Shown here piece after piece: positions 13,262-22,864 of a stretch of DNA of 64,000 nucleotides. The notes under the pieces are model-generated. The model worked only from the letters and a program-made list of their open reading frames with translations, was not told the DNA's origin and searched no databases. Made by a program: the position numbers and the translations under genes. The first letter of the stretch is position 1; every line of letters begins with the position of its first letter. Source of the DNA: Betaproteobacteria bacterium (GTDB lineage Bacteria > Pseudomonadota > Gammaproteobacteria > Burkholderiales > SG8-39); contig CANIEV010000003.1 in NCBI GenBank assembly GCA_947466535.1, positions 38-64,037 on the forward strand, in the 5' to 3' direction.

Positions 13262-13291
13262 TTGACAATTCAGCAGGAATTGTCGTGTAAT
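13262..13291 (+). promoter_or_regulatory. rpmH operon sigma70 promoter
   Basis: TTGACA at 13262-13267, 18-bp spacer, TGTAAT at 13286-13291. Confidence 0.6.
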
Positions 13292-13326
13292 AGCAGGTTC
13301 CGTATGCAAGTCAGCAAGGATTAGCC

Positions 13327-13461
13327 ATGAAGCGCACCTATCAGCCCTCCGTCGTTCGCCGCAAGCGCACGCACGGCTTTCTCGTCCGCATGCGTTCGCG
13401 TGGGGGCCGTGCAGTTATCCGTGCTCGTCGGGCAAAAGGACGGGCTCGTCTGTCAGTGTGA
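13327..13461 (+). CDS. rpmH: 50S ribosomal protein L34
   Basis: Below the ORF-track size cut-off; manual translation [44 protein letters not shown]. Confidence 0.97.
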   Translation: MKRTYQPSVVRRKRTHGFLVRMRSRGGRAVIRARRAKGRARLSV

Positions 13462-13464
13462 GGT

Positions 13465-13821
13465 GTGACCAATTCTGGCGCGGTTAGGCGCCGGCATTTT
13501 TTCGGTTCAACGCAGCGTCTTCGGTCCGTCGATATCGGAGCGATGTTCAAGGTCGGTCGACCTCGCAGAACAGGGTTGCTCGCAGTTACCTCCCGACCTA
13601 ACGGCGTCAAGGCGGCTCGGATTGCAGTGATTGTGCCCAAGCGTTATTTGCGCAGGGCAGTCGATCGAAATCGGGCAAAGCGTTTGCTTAAAGAATGGTT
13701 TCGTTTGAATCAGGCTGACTTGACTGGTCAGGATCTGTTGGTACGGGTTGTTGCACGGCCGTCTTCACTTGAGTTGCTCCCCGAGCAATTGCATCATTTG
13801 CTCGCACGACCAAGAAGGTAA
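13465..13821 (+). CDS. rnpA: Ribonuclease P protein component
   Basis: RNR motif RRAVDRNRAKRLLKE; position after rpmH. Confidence 0.9.
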   Translation: MTNSGAVRRRHFFGSTQRLRSVDIGAMFKVGRPRRTGLLAVTSRPNGVKAARIAVIVPKRYLRRAVDRNRAKRLLKEWFRLNQADLTGQDLLVRVVARPSSLELLPEQLHHLLARPRR

Positions 13822-13831
13822 GCAAAGCGCG

Positions 13832-14041
13832 ATGACGAGGCTTCTTGTCGGGTTGCTGCAAGCTTATCGCTATATCGTAAGTCCGATGCTTGGGCAGAAC
13901 TGTAGGTACTTTCCGTCGTGCTCTGAATATGCTCAGGAAGCACTCCGAAAGCATGGTCTGGCCCGAGGGTCTTGGCTTTCCACAATGCGAATTTGCCGTT
14001 GCCATCCTTGGCATCCCGGCGGATACGATCCGATCCCCTGA
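13832..14041 (+). CDS. yidD: Membrane protein insertion efficiency factor YidD
   Basis: CRYFPSCSEY and RICRCHPWHPGGYDP motifs. Confidence 0.95.
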   Translation: MTRLLVGLLQAYRYIVSPMLGQNCRYFPSCSEYAQEALRKHGLARGSWLSTMRICRCHPWHPGGYDPIP

Positions 14042-14060
14042 CATTTTCTGATAGACGCTG

Positions 14061-15713
14061 ATGGACACGCGACGGCTGATCCTTTTTTTCATATTTTCCT
14101 TCTCGTTGCTTCTCATCTGGGAGGCTTGGCAAAAGGAAACGCGGCCCAAGGAGTCAGTTGCGACGGCACAGACCGCCGTTCCTGCACCTTCCGGCCAGCC
14201 TCCCAAAAGTGCGACACCGGTTCCTGGCGTCGGAGTCCCAGGCGCGGTTTCGACGGTCCCTCCAGCAGTGACTGCGTCGGGGCAAGGCGAGCGTATTCGC
14301 GTGGAAACGGACAATTTCGTCGCGGAAATCGATACGCTCGGAGCAGATATTGTTTTCCTCGAATTGCGCAAGCACCGGGACACCTTGGACAAATCCAAGG
14401 ATTTTGTCTTTCTTGGACCGGAACACAAATATTTCGCGCAGAGCGGACTCATCGGTGCCGAACTGCCTAATCACAAGACCCTGTTTTCTTCCCGATCTAA
14501 ATCAGCCAGCTTGGAGCCTGGAAAGGACGACCTTGAGTTGCGTCTGGATGCGAGTGGGCCTGAAGGAGTAAGGGTTACTAAGATCTTTTCCTTCCGACGT
14601 GGAAGCTATTTGATTGACGTTTCCTACGAGGTCACAAACGCAACGCAAGCTCCCCTTTCTGCGCATGCTTATTTCCAGATAACGCGCGATAACAAAGACC
14701 CGGCGGGCACCTCATCGATGATGAGTACGTACACCGGTCCTGCTGTTTATACCGAACAGGATAAATTCCATAAAGTCGCATTCGGGGATGTGGACAAAGG
14801 CAAAACGCCGTACTCGAAAAATGCGGATAACGGCTGGATCGCGATGCTGCAGCATTATTTCGTCGCCGCGATCGTTCCTGCCGAAAAGACACCGCGGGAG
14901 TACTACACACGAAAGCTGTCAGAGGGCTACTACTCTGCCGGTGTCATTGTTCCTATAGACCCGATCGCGGCTGGTAAGACCGCCAAGGTTTCCGTGCCGT
15001 TTTACGCCGGGCCGCAAGAGCAGGACAAACTGAAGGCAATTGCGGGTGGTCTGGATCTTGTGGTCGATTACGGATGGCTGACGATAATTGCTGCTCCGCT
15101 TTTCTGGGTCTTGGAACTATTTCACGGCTGGCTGGGCAACTGGGGCCTTGCCATTATTCTTCTGACGGTCGTGTTGAAGCTGATTTTCTTTCCGCTATCT
15201 GCGGCCAGTTATCGATCCATGGCAAAAATGAAGATGGTTGCGCCGCGCCTGACCAAGCTTCGCGAGACTTACGGCAATGACCGGGTCAAGCTGAATCAGG
15301 CAATGATGGATCTCTACAAGACCGAGAAAATAAATCCGCTCGGTGGTTGTTTGCCCATCGTGGTTCAGATCCCCGTATTTATCGCGCTGTACTGGGTTCT
15401 GCTGGCGGCGGTCGAATTGCGTCAGGCGCCGTTCTACGGGTGGATTGTGGACTTGTCTGCGGCGGATCCTTGGTACGTACTGCCTGCGCTCATGATGATT
15501 TCAATGGTCATTCAGACTAAGCTGAACCCCACGCCTCCGGATCCGGTACAAGCCAAAGTCATGATGATCATGCCTTTCGCGTTTGGAGTGATGTTCTTCT
15601 TTTTTCCTGCCGGTCTGGTGCTCTATTGGCTGGTCAACAATGTGTTGTCGATACTTCAGCAATGGCAGATCACGCGAATGATCGAAGGTACCAAGATCGT
15701 CGCGAAGCGCTAG
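14061..15713 (+). CDS. yidC: Membrane protein insertase YidC
   Basis: VVDYGWL, NPLGGCLP and PAGLVLYW motifs. Confidence 0.97.
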   Translation: MDTRRLILFFIFSFSLLLIWEAWQKETRPKESVATAQTAVPAPSGQPPKSATPVPGVGVPGAVSTVPPAVTASGQGERIRVETDNFVAEIDTLGADIVFLELRKHRDTLDKSKDFVFLGPEHKYFAQSGLIGAELPNHKTLFSSRSKSASLEPGKDDLELRLDASGPEGVRVTKIFSFRRGSYLIDVSYEVTNATQAPLSAHAYFQITRDNKDPAGTSSMMSTYTGPAVYTEQDKFHKVAFGDVDKGKTPYSKNADNGWIAMLQHYFVAAIVPAEKTPREYYTRKLSEGYYSAGVIVPIDPIAAGKTAKVSVPFYAGPQEQDKLKAIAGGLDLVVDYGWLTIIAAPLFWVLELFHGWLGNWGLAIILLTVVLKLIFFPLSAASYRSMAKMKMVAPRLTKLRETYGNDRVKLNQAMMDLYKTEKINPLGGCLPIVVQIPVFIALYWVLLAAVELRQAPFYGWIVDLSAADPWYVLPALMMISMVIQTKLNPTPPDPVQAKVMMIMPFAFGVMFFFFPAGLVLYWLVNNVLSILQQWQITRMIEGTKIVAKR

Positions 15714-15730
15714 CGGGCGCTTCATAGGCG

Positions 15731-17074
15731 ATGGCGCGTAGCGGCGACATAATCGCGGCAGTAGCTACGCCGTTAGGCCGTGGGGGTATTGGTATTGTCA
15801 GACTTTCCGGCGATGATCTCGCGCCGATCGTTCGCGCGATCATCGGCCGGATTCCCGAGGTCCGGAGGGCAAGCAAAGCCGCGTTTTTGGATTCGAGTGG
15901 TTTACCTCTCGACGAAGGCGTTGTGCTTTATTTTCGTGCACCTCATTCCTATACCGGCGAGGACGTGCTGGAGTTGCAGGGCCATGGCGGTCCGGTTGTC
16001 ATGCGGATGGTATTGAGTCGTTGTACAGAATTGGGCGCCCGACTCGCAGACCCCGGCGAATTTACCCGCCGTGCTTTTGAGAATAATCGTTTGGATCTAG
16101 CACAGGCCGAGGCGGTCGCGGATCTTATCGATGCGTCGACTGAGCAGGCAGCAAAATCCGCGTTACGGTCGCTGCGCGGGCAGTTTTCCGCACTTATTCA
16201 AGAATTTGAGTCCTCACTCGTTGATTTGCGCATGCTGGTTGAGGCCGGCCTCGATTTTCCCGAGGAGGAGATCGATGGAGTTGATCGATCAGATCTGAGT
16301 GGGCGATTGGTTCGCCTTCAGGATGCGGTCGGGCGCGTACTTTCGCAAAGTAGGCGGGGCAGTTTGTTGCGTACCGGAATCCAGGTTGTCCTGGCCGGTC
16401 AGCCTAACGTCGGTAAATCGTCTCTGCTGAATCAGGTCGCAGGCGAAGACGTTGCGATCGTAACTTCCGTAGCCGGCACTACACGCGACCCGATCCGTGA
16501 ATCCCTAAATCTGGAAGGGGTGCCACTCAACATCATCGACACCGCTGGATTGAGAGAGGCTTCTGATGAAGTTGAGGTGCTCGGTATTCAACGGAGCTGG
16601 CGAGCGATCGATCAGGCGGACCTTGTGTTGTTTCTCGTTGACGCTACACAGGGACTTACGGAGGCTGACGGGGCCATCATCGCGAAATTGCCGGCCGGGC
16701 TACGCCGGATTGTTGTGTTCAACAAGATTGATCTGTGCAGCGAACTGCCTCGCATCGAGTTGGCTTTAGGTGATACCCGGATTTACCTTTCGGCGAAAAC
16801 AGGGGAGGGTATCGAGTTACTGCGTTCAGCGTTGTTGCAGTCCGCGGGCTGGCAATCGGGGGATGAGGATGTTTTCATCGCACGTGAGCGTCACATCGGG
16901 GCGCTCGAGCTTGTTGAACGAATTCTCGTTCAGGCCAGAGGGCAACTGCGGAGTCCCGAACTGTTGGCAGAAGAACTCAGGCTGGCGCACAAGGCTCTCG
17001 GCTCAATCGTCGGGGAATTCACGCCGGATGATTTGCTCGGGGAAATTTTTTCGAGGTTTTGTATCGGAAAATAG
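15731..17074 (+). CDS. mnmE: tRNA modification GTPase MnmE/TrmE
   Basis: GQPNVGKSS, GTTRD, DTAG and NKID motifs; C-terminal FCIGK. Confidence 0.98.
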   Translation: MARSGDIIAAVATPLGRGGIGIVRLSGDDLAPIVRAIIGRIPEVRRASKAAFLDSSGLPLDEGVVLYFRAPHSYTGEDVLELQGHGGPVVMRMVLSRCTELGARLADPGEFTRRAFENNRLDLAQAEAVADLIDASTEQAAKSALRSLRGQFSALIQEFESSLVDLRMLVEAGLDFPEEEIDGVDRSDLSGRLVRLQDAVGRVLSQSRRGSLLRTGIQVVLAGQPNVGKSSLLNQVAGEDVAIVTSVAGTTRDPIRESLNLEGVPLNIIDTAGLREASDEVEVLGIQRSWRAIDQADLVLFLVDATQGLTEADGAIIAKLPAGLRRIVVFNKIDLCSELPRIELALGDTRIYLSAKTGEGIELLRSALLQSAGWQSGDEDVFIARERHIGALELVERILVQARGQLRSPELLAEELRLAHKALGSIVGEFTPDDLLGEIFSRFCIGK

Positions 17075-17086
17075 AATGGTCCACTC

Positions 17087-17809
17087 TCAGTGGCTGTCGC
17101 CCGCTTTCCAGTAGGCCGCCACAATATCTGCCGTGCGTTGGATATGTTGTGTCATCAATCGTGCTGCTTCGTCCGTTGACCGTGCGATTACGGCGTCCAT
17201 GATTGCGCGATGTTCGAGATCGATATTCCTCGCCTGCTGCTCCAGCGGGAACGAGTGAAACATGCGTACCCTTCGATACCGTTCCGAATGATCGACAAGT
17301 TGTGCATGAAAGCGCATCAGCCAAGGGGACTCACAGGCGTACACCAGTGCGTGATGAAATTCGCGGTGCCTCTCCTCCCACAAATTCACAGCAGTCAAAT
17401 CCGAACTGTCGCTTGGTAGAGGGTTTTTCGACAGCCGATGGAAAGCTGCGATGATCCCTGCTTCCCATTCGGCATCTCCACGACCCATGGCGGCGGTAAG
17501 CATAATTGCTTCAAGCTGTTGGCGGGCCCAGGTCAAGTCTTCGAGTTCCTTCAGCGAAACGGACGCGACAGCAAAGCCTTTCTGGCCCTCGCTTACTACC
17601 AGTCCATCGCCTTCCAGGCGCATCAGTGATTCACGAATCGGGCTGATACCGATGCTGTAGTGCTTTTGCAGTTCCACCAGCTTCAGGCGTTCTGCCGGCT
17701 TAAGCCGGCCGCCCAGTATGTCGTGGCGCAAAAGATTGAATGCCTTTTCGGAAAGTGTCTTTTCGGATGCTTCCAGTGGCTTGTCCGACGCAAGTCGTGC
17801 GGCGGTCAT
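17087..17809 (-). CDS. GntR (FadR/FCD) family transcriptional regulator
   Basis: Winged HTH (LKPAERL...GISPIRESLMRLEGDGLV) plus an FCD domain with HREFH and EH. Confidence 0.92.
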   Translation of the reverse strand: MTAARLASDKPLEASEKTLSEKAFNLLRHDILGGRLKPAERLKLVELQKHYSIGISPIRESLMRLEGDGLVVSEGQKGFAVASVSLKELEDLTWARQQLEAIMLTAAMGRGDAEWEAGIIAAFHRLSKNPLPSDSSDLTAVNLWEERHREFHHALVYACESPWLMRFHAQLVDHSERYRRVRMFHSFPLEQQARNIDLEHRAIMDAVIARSTDEAARLMTQHIQRTADIVAAYWKAGDSH

Positions 17810-17872
17810 ATTGCGGTTCCTGATGGTGTGAGCATTTATTAATTATATCAAAGTAATAAATTTATATGGACT

Positions 17873-17887
17873 AAGATAATTTATCTT
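17873..17887. promoter_or_regulatory. Candidate GntR operator
   Basis: AAGATAA-T-TTATCTT palindrome in the AT-rich divergent promoter region. Confidence 0.5.
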
Positions 17888-17929
17888 GGTAGTCTGGCCG
17901 CGCTTGATTTGTCAGTAAAGGGTGGATTC

Positions 17930-18841
17930 ATGAAGCGCTATGCACTGGTGACGGTGAGTGACAACGGCAAGTCACGGGCGTGCCTTGATGTTGATGGTGT
18001 CTATTTTCCGGTGTCGGATGCTTGCTCACGATTCGGTGGTGAACCTTTGCCAGACACGGTTATTGGGCTGCTCGCTGACTGGGAAAAGAACAAGATCCGG
18101 CTGGCTGAGCTAGCTCAGAAATGCGGGTTGATGTCGACCGGATTGGATCCCCGATCGGTGTTGGTAGAGACGCCCATTCAATTTCCCGGAAAGGTTCTGT
18201 GCGCGGGGGCTAATTACTATGATCACATCGCGGAAATGGGGGTAAAGGACCTTCGAAAAGAGGCGCAGCGATTGTTCTTTTTCTTCAAACCGCCCCGGAA
18301 TGCGATCGTCGGTCCCGGTCGGACGGTGATTTATCCGGCCGAGTCGATGATGTTCGATTGGGAAATTGAGCTTGCCGTGGTTATTGGCAAACGAGCCAAA
18401 CGACTGACTCTTGAAAACGCTCTTGATTCGGTCGCCGCTTATAGCGTGGCGATCGATTTGTCCGCGCGGGATATGAATCAGGCACCGGATACGTTTTACA
18501 AACTGGATTGGGTCGCGGGCAAGGGGCAGGACACGTGCTGTCCCCTGGGTCCGCGTCTGGTGCCCGCGGAATTCATTGCTGATCCTCAGAATCTCGGATT
18601 GGAGCTGTCGGTCAACGGCGAGGTAAAGCAGCAGGCGAGAACTTCCGGGATGATTTTTGATATTCGTGAGCAGCTTGTCATCCTCTCGAGACTGATGACA
18701 CTTGATCCGGGCGACGTGATACTCACCGGAACACCCGCGGGGGTCGGATTTCCCAAGCGTACTTTCCTCAAGGCGGGCGATCGGATTGACGCCGAAATCG
18801 AATCAATAGGTCGTCTGACTGTAGAAATCATGTCTGCCTGA
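17930..18841 (+). CDS. Fumarylacetoacetate hydrolase family protein
   Basis: CAGANYYDH, DWEIELAVVIG, DLSARD and GDVILTGTPAGVG motifs. Confidence 0.93.
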   Translation: MKRYALVTVSDNGKSRACLDVDGVYFPVSDACSRFGGEPLPDTVIGLLADWEKNKIRLAELAQKCGLMSTGLDPRSVLVETPIQFPGKVLCAGANYYDHIAEMGVKDLRKEAQRLFFFFKPPRNAIVGPGRTVIYPAESMMFDWEIELAVVIGKRAKRLTLENALDSVAAYSVAIDLSARDMNQAPDTFYKLDWVAGKGQDTCCPLGPRLVPAEFIADPQNLGLELSVNGEVKQQARTSGMIFDIREQLVILSRLMTLDPGDVILTGTPAGVGFPKRTFLKAGDRIDAEIESIGRLTVEIMSA

Positions 18842-18902
18842 CCTCAGGCGCCGTGTAGAGGAATCAAGGTAGTACTCATAACCACTTGCACAGGAGATCA
18901 CG

Positions 18903-19880
18903 ATGTTTCGAATGAACGCATGTCTTGTAGCCCTTGTTTGCGCGCTGTCCACGTCGGCCGCTGCGCAGGTACAGCTGAGAATTTCCTGTGCAGGTGCAGA
19001 AAACGATTGGCTTGTCGGTGGCTTGAAAGTGTTCAAGGAGCAAATTGACAAATCGTCTCCCGGTCAGTTCAACGTGCAGATTCATTCCGCGTCCAGTCTC
19101 TTCCGGCAGGGAACCGAAGTCCCGGCAATTCAGCGCGGCAACCTCGAGATGAGCACCATGACAACGTTCGAGGTGGAACAACAGATCCCGGAGTATTCCG
19201 TTTTCAGTGCCGGATATCTGTTTCGTGACTACGATCACGTTCTGAAAGTGCTTCGTAGCCCGATCGGACAGGAGTACGTCCAGACGGTGTCGCAGAAAAT
19301 GGGCATTCAGATCATTGAACCCATGTATCTCGGCACGCGCCAGGTCAATCTCCGCCAGGCGAAAAATATCCGCATTCCGTCAGATCTCTCCGGTGTCAAG
19401 CTTCGCATGCCAGGAGGCCCTGGCTGGCTCGCACTTGCCCGGGGAATGGGCGCGTCTCCTACGCCTATGGCGATGCCGGAAGTCTATCTTGCGCTGAAAA
19501 CCGGCTCGATCGATGGTCAGGAGAATCCGTTGTCTCTGACACGCGCAAACAATCTGCACGAAGTCACGCAGCAAATCGTCCTGACGGGTCATCTGGTTCA
19601 GCCGGTGTTTCTCGCCATTGGAAAACCCGTCTGGGACAAACTGAGTGACGCGCAAAAGGATGCTATGCGAAAGGCGGCGCGTGCTGGCGCGGAATACAAC
19701 GACAAGAACCGTCTTGATGAGGAGGGAAAACTTGTCGGCTTTTTTAAGGAAAAGGGACTCCAGGTAACGACACCTGATGTGTCGGCGTTCCGTTCGGCCG
19801 TAGCCAAGGCATACGCAGAATCGGATGTATCGAAGACATGGCCCAAAGGGCTCAAAGAGCGCATCGAAGCAATCAAGTAA
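18903..19880 (+). CDS. TRAP transporter substrate-binding protein (DctP)
   Basis: Signal peptide, GVKLRMP and EVYLALKTGSIDGQENP. Confidence 0.93.
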   Translation: MFRMNACLVALVCALSTSAAAQVQLRISCAGAENDWLVGGLKVFKEQIDKSSPGQFNVQIHSASSLFRQGTEVPAIQRGNLEMSTMTTFEVEQQIPEYSVFSAGYLFRDYDHVLKVLRSPIGQEYVQTVSQKMGIQIIEPMYLGTRQVNLRQAKNIRIPSDLSGVKLRMPGGPGWLALARGMGASPTPMAMPEVYLALKTGSIDGQENPLSLTRANNLHEVTQQIVLTGHLVQPVFLAIGKPVWDKLSDAQKDAMRKAARAGAEYNDKNRLDEEGKLVGFFKEKGLQVTTPDVSAFRSAVAKAYAESDVSKTWPKGLKERIEAIK

Positions 19881-20401
19881 TGGCGCGAATCTGGTTCTCC
19901 AAGGCGCACCGCACCGCAGAGGTCGTCGCAACGGCAATGTTCGCGGCGATCTTTGTGCTGTTTCTGTTCGCGGTTTTCATGCGCTATGCGGTTGGCAAGC
20001 CGCTCGCATGGCCGGATGAATTGAATATGGTGCTTCTTCTTTGGACAACCTTTCTGACGGAAGCGCTGGTGCTTGCCGAACGTGAGCAGGTTACGTTTGA
20101 CGCGGTGTACGACGTTGCCGGACCCGAGTTGCGTCGTGTTATCGGTTTGACGGCGAGCGTCTGTATTTTCCTTATGTTTCTGCTCGCGTTCCCGACCGTA
20201 TATGGTTATGTAACCTTTCTCTGGAGGGAACGAACCAATGTGCTTGAATGGCGCCTTGATTGGGTTTTTTCCTGTTTCGTCATGTACTGGATTGCGGTAA
20301 TGGTTCGCGCGGTGGCGAAATTCGTTGTGCTTTGTGGGAAGAATTGGCGAGAGAACGTGACCGCCGCACCACCCGACGAGCGAACAAATGTTCTCGGGTA
20401 G
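19880..20401 (+). CDS. TRAP small permease (DctQ)
   Basis: About four hydrophobic helices, VFMRY...WPDEL; ATG overlaps the dctP stop codon. Confidence 0.88.
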   Translation: MARIWFSKAHRTAEVVATAMFAAIFVLFLFAVFMRYAVGKPLAWPDELNMVLLLWTTFLTEALVLAEREQVTFDAVYDVAGPELRRVIGLTASVCIFLMFLLAFPTVYGYVTFLWRERTNVLEWRLDWVFSCFVMYWIAVMVRAVAKFVVLCGKNWRENVTAAPPDERTNVLG

Positions 20402-20416
20402 GCGGGGAATTCTCAA

Positions 20417-21712
20417 ATGAGTACACCGCTGCTGGTTCTCTGCGTCGTATTTGTAGTCGGGGCGATTCTGCGCTTTCCGGTATCGCTGCTCTTGTTCAGC
20501 AGTGGACTTGCCTACCTTTGGTCGAGCAAGCAGGACATCGGGCTTATCGTCGATCAGACCCTTAACTCGACGTTCGGCCTTAACGTGCTTCTTGCGGTTC
20601 CGATGTTCATTCTTGCCGGAAACGTAATGAATGCGGCGACGATCAGTGAAAGAATCTGGGCTGCCGCCGATTCACTCGTCGGCAGGTTCCGGGCCGGCCT
20701 TGCCCATGTGACTGTGCTCATGAATGTAGTTATTTCGAGTATGAGCGGCAGCGCGGTTAGTGATGCGGCTGGCGCTGGAATGGTAGCGATAAGAATGATG
20801 CAGAAGGTTGGCAACTACCCGCCCGGTTTCGCGGTGGCGCTGGCTGCCGCAGCCTCATGTCTCGGCCCCATTATTCCCCCATCAATTCCCATGGTTATCT
20901 ACGCGCTCATCAGCGGGGCGTCGATCGGAGCGCTTTTTCTCGCGGGCATCGTTCCCGGCCTTGTGATGGCGGTTAGCCTGATGATCCTGATCGCAATCGT
21001 TGCGCGGAAGAGGGGCTTGCCAAGAGGCGCAGTCGTCACGCTCAGGGAGATTCCCGCGGTGTTCGGGCGGGCATTCATACCGATGACGTTGCCTGCAGTA
21101 TTGCTGGGTGGTATCTGGGGAGGGATCTTCACTCCAACCGAATCCGCAGCTGTCGCCGCGTTCTGGGCGATCCTGCTGGGTGTCATTGTCTACCGAAATC
21201 TCGGAATGAAGGCGCTGATTGCGGTTTTCTCGCTTTCTGCGAGGCAGTCAGCGGTGGTGATGATGTTGATCGTTAGTTCTTTCGTGGTCAATTACGCGAT
21301 TACGAGTGAGGGTGTTGCGGCAGGGCTCGCGCGCTATATCGACGGGCTTGAGCTATCGGCGATCGGTTTCATGCTGGTTGTGAATGTGCTGTTTCTCGTC
21401 CTTGGAACGGTTCTCGATGGCGCGGTGATGCTGCTTGTGTTTGTGCCGGTTCTGATACCTGCGGCGAAAGCTCTGGGGATTGATTTGGTTCATTTCGGGG
21501 TTGTTGTGATCCTGAACTTCATGATTGCGATGATCACGCCGCCTTACGGACTCATTCTTTTCGTTCTGTCCGCATTAACCGGCGTTTCGATGCGCGAGAT
21601 CAATCGTGAAATCTGGCAATTCTGTATCCCGCTTACCGTCGTCCTTTTCATGCTCATCCTTATCCCCGATTTGACACTTTGGTTGCCAAAGATGTTTGGC
21701 TATGGGAAGTGA
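20417..21712 (+). CDS. TRAP large permease (DctM)
   Basis: LLAVPMFILAG, SGSAVSDA, PIIPPSIPM, FTPTES and ITPPYG motifs. Confidence 0.95.
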   Translation: MSTPLLVLCVVFVVGAILRFPVSLLLFSSGLAYLWSSKQDIGLIVDQTLNSTFGLNVLLAVPMFILAGNVMNAATISERIWAAADSLVGRFRAGLAHVTVLMNVVISSMSGSAVSDAAGAGMVAIRMMQKVGNYPPGFAVALAAAASCLGPIIPPSIPMVIYALISGASIGALFLAGIVPGLVMAVSLMILIAIVARKRGLPRGAVVTLREIPAVFGRAFIPMTLPAVLLGGIWGGIFTPTESAAVAAFWAILLGVIVYRNLGMKALIAVFSLSARQSAVVMMLIVSSFVVNYAITSEGVAAGLARYIDGLELSAIGFMLVVNVLFLVLGTVLDGAVMLLVFVPVLIPAAKALGIDLVHFGVVVILNFMIAMITPPYGLILFVLSALTGVSMREINREIWQFCIPLTVVLFMLILIPDLTLWLPKMFGYGK

Positions 21713-21721
21713 GGGGCCGCC

Positions 21722-22705
21722 TTGAGTGTTTTGATAACCGGGGCGGGCGGGATTGGGAGTTATACGGGTCGATATCTACTTGATCGCGGCGAATCCGTGG
21801 TTATGCTTGATCGAAGTCCTGCGCGGGATGCGATTGGTTCGGTTGTAGATCTTTCCCGCGTGCGGTTGATTGAAGGTGATATCACAGACACCTCGGCGCT
21901 GGACTTGCTGATCTCCAACGAGGGCGTTGATCGGATCGTTCACACGGCCGCACTACTTTCAACCGCGATTCGTGCCAATCCCGCGGAAGGTGTTCGGGTA
22001 AATGTGATGGGAACGCTTTCGGTCATCGATGCAGCGCGTCGGCACCGTCTGAAGCGGGTCGTATTGGCGAGTTCGACTACGGTGGGTTACCCGGCCTTTG
22101 GAACGTACAGGGGTACGGGGTTTCCTGAAGATTTCCCGATGCGGGTGCTTTCCGAGCGACCAACCTCGATCTACGCGGCGACAAAATTGTCGTGTGAGCA
22201 TCTTGCATTGTTGTACAGGGACCTCTACGAAGTTTCGATTGCGGTGTTGCGCTATGCGGCGGTTATTGGCCCATGGCAAGGACCCGGAACATCGGTTCCG
22301 GGAAAGATGCTGCAATCTCTGATTTGCCCCGCGCGCAGCGGCAAGCAGGCGGTCATCGACGATTCGCTGCTACTTTGGGAGGGCACAGAGGAGTTCGTCG
22401 ATCTTCGCGATTGTGCGGCCGCGAACGTGGCGGCTCTCTGTTCGCCCGATCCGAAGAGTGGCGTGTACAACATATCATCAGGGCGAGCGCTTACTCTTGA
22501 GCAGGTTATTGAATCGGTTCAGGCGGTGTTCCCCGGTTTCTCTGCTGAGGTGCGCGTTCAACCGAAGGGAGGATTCGCCGGATTTCCGCATCTTCGTCCG
22601 GCGCCCTCCGATATTCACCTGGCGGCAGATGAGCTTGATTTTCGTCCTCGTTACAGTCTGACCGATTCCATTCGAGACCTCGCCGCGTTAGTTGTGCGCG
22701 AGTGA
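21722..22705 (+). CDS. NAD-dependent epimerase/dehydratase (extended SDR)
   Basis: TGAGGIG, HTAA and YAATK motifs. Confidence 0.88.
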   Translation: MSVLITGAGGIGSYTGRYLLDRGESVVMLDRSPARDAIGSVVDLSRVRLIEGDITDTSALDLLISNEGVDRIVHTAALLSTAIRANPAEGVRVNVMGTLSVIDAARRHRLKRVVLASSTTVGYPAFGTYRGTGFPEDFPMRVLSERPTSIYAATKLSCEHLALLYRDLYEVSIAVLRYAAVIGPWQGPGTSVPGKMLQSLICPARSGKQAVIDDSLLLWEGTEEFVDLRDCAAANVAALCSPDPKSGVYNISSGRALTLEQVIESVQAVFPGFSAEVRVQPKGGFAGFPHLRPAPSDIHLAADELDFRPRYSLTDSIRDLAALVVRE

Positions 22706-22864
22706 AGATTTCGCATTGCGCAACGCGGTACGTTCTCTCTTCGGATGCAGTGGAATTGGTGTATATTCCGCGCCTCATTCACACCCCGGCAATAGAACCG
22801 GCCTGCCTTTTTGCTTCGCCAATTCGGCGGAGCCGGTCCCGCGCCAGTCATTGAGGCTTTGGAC

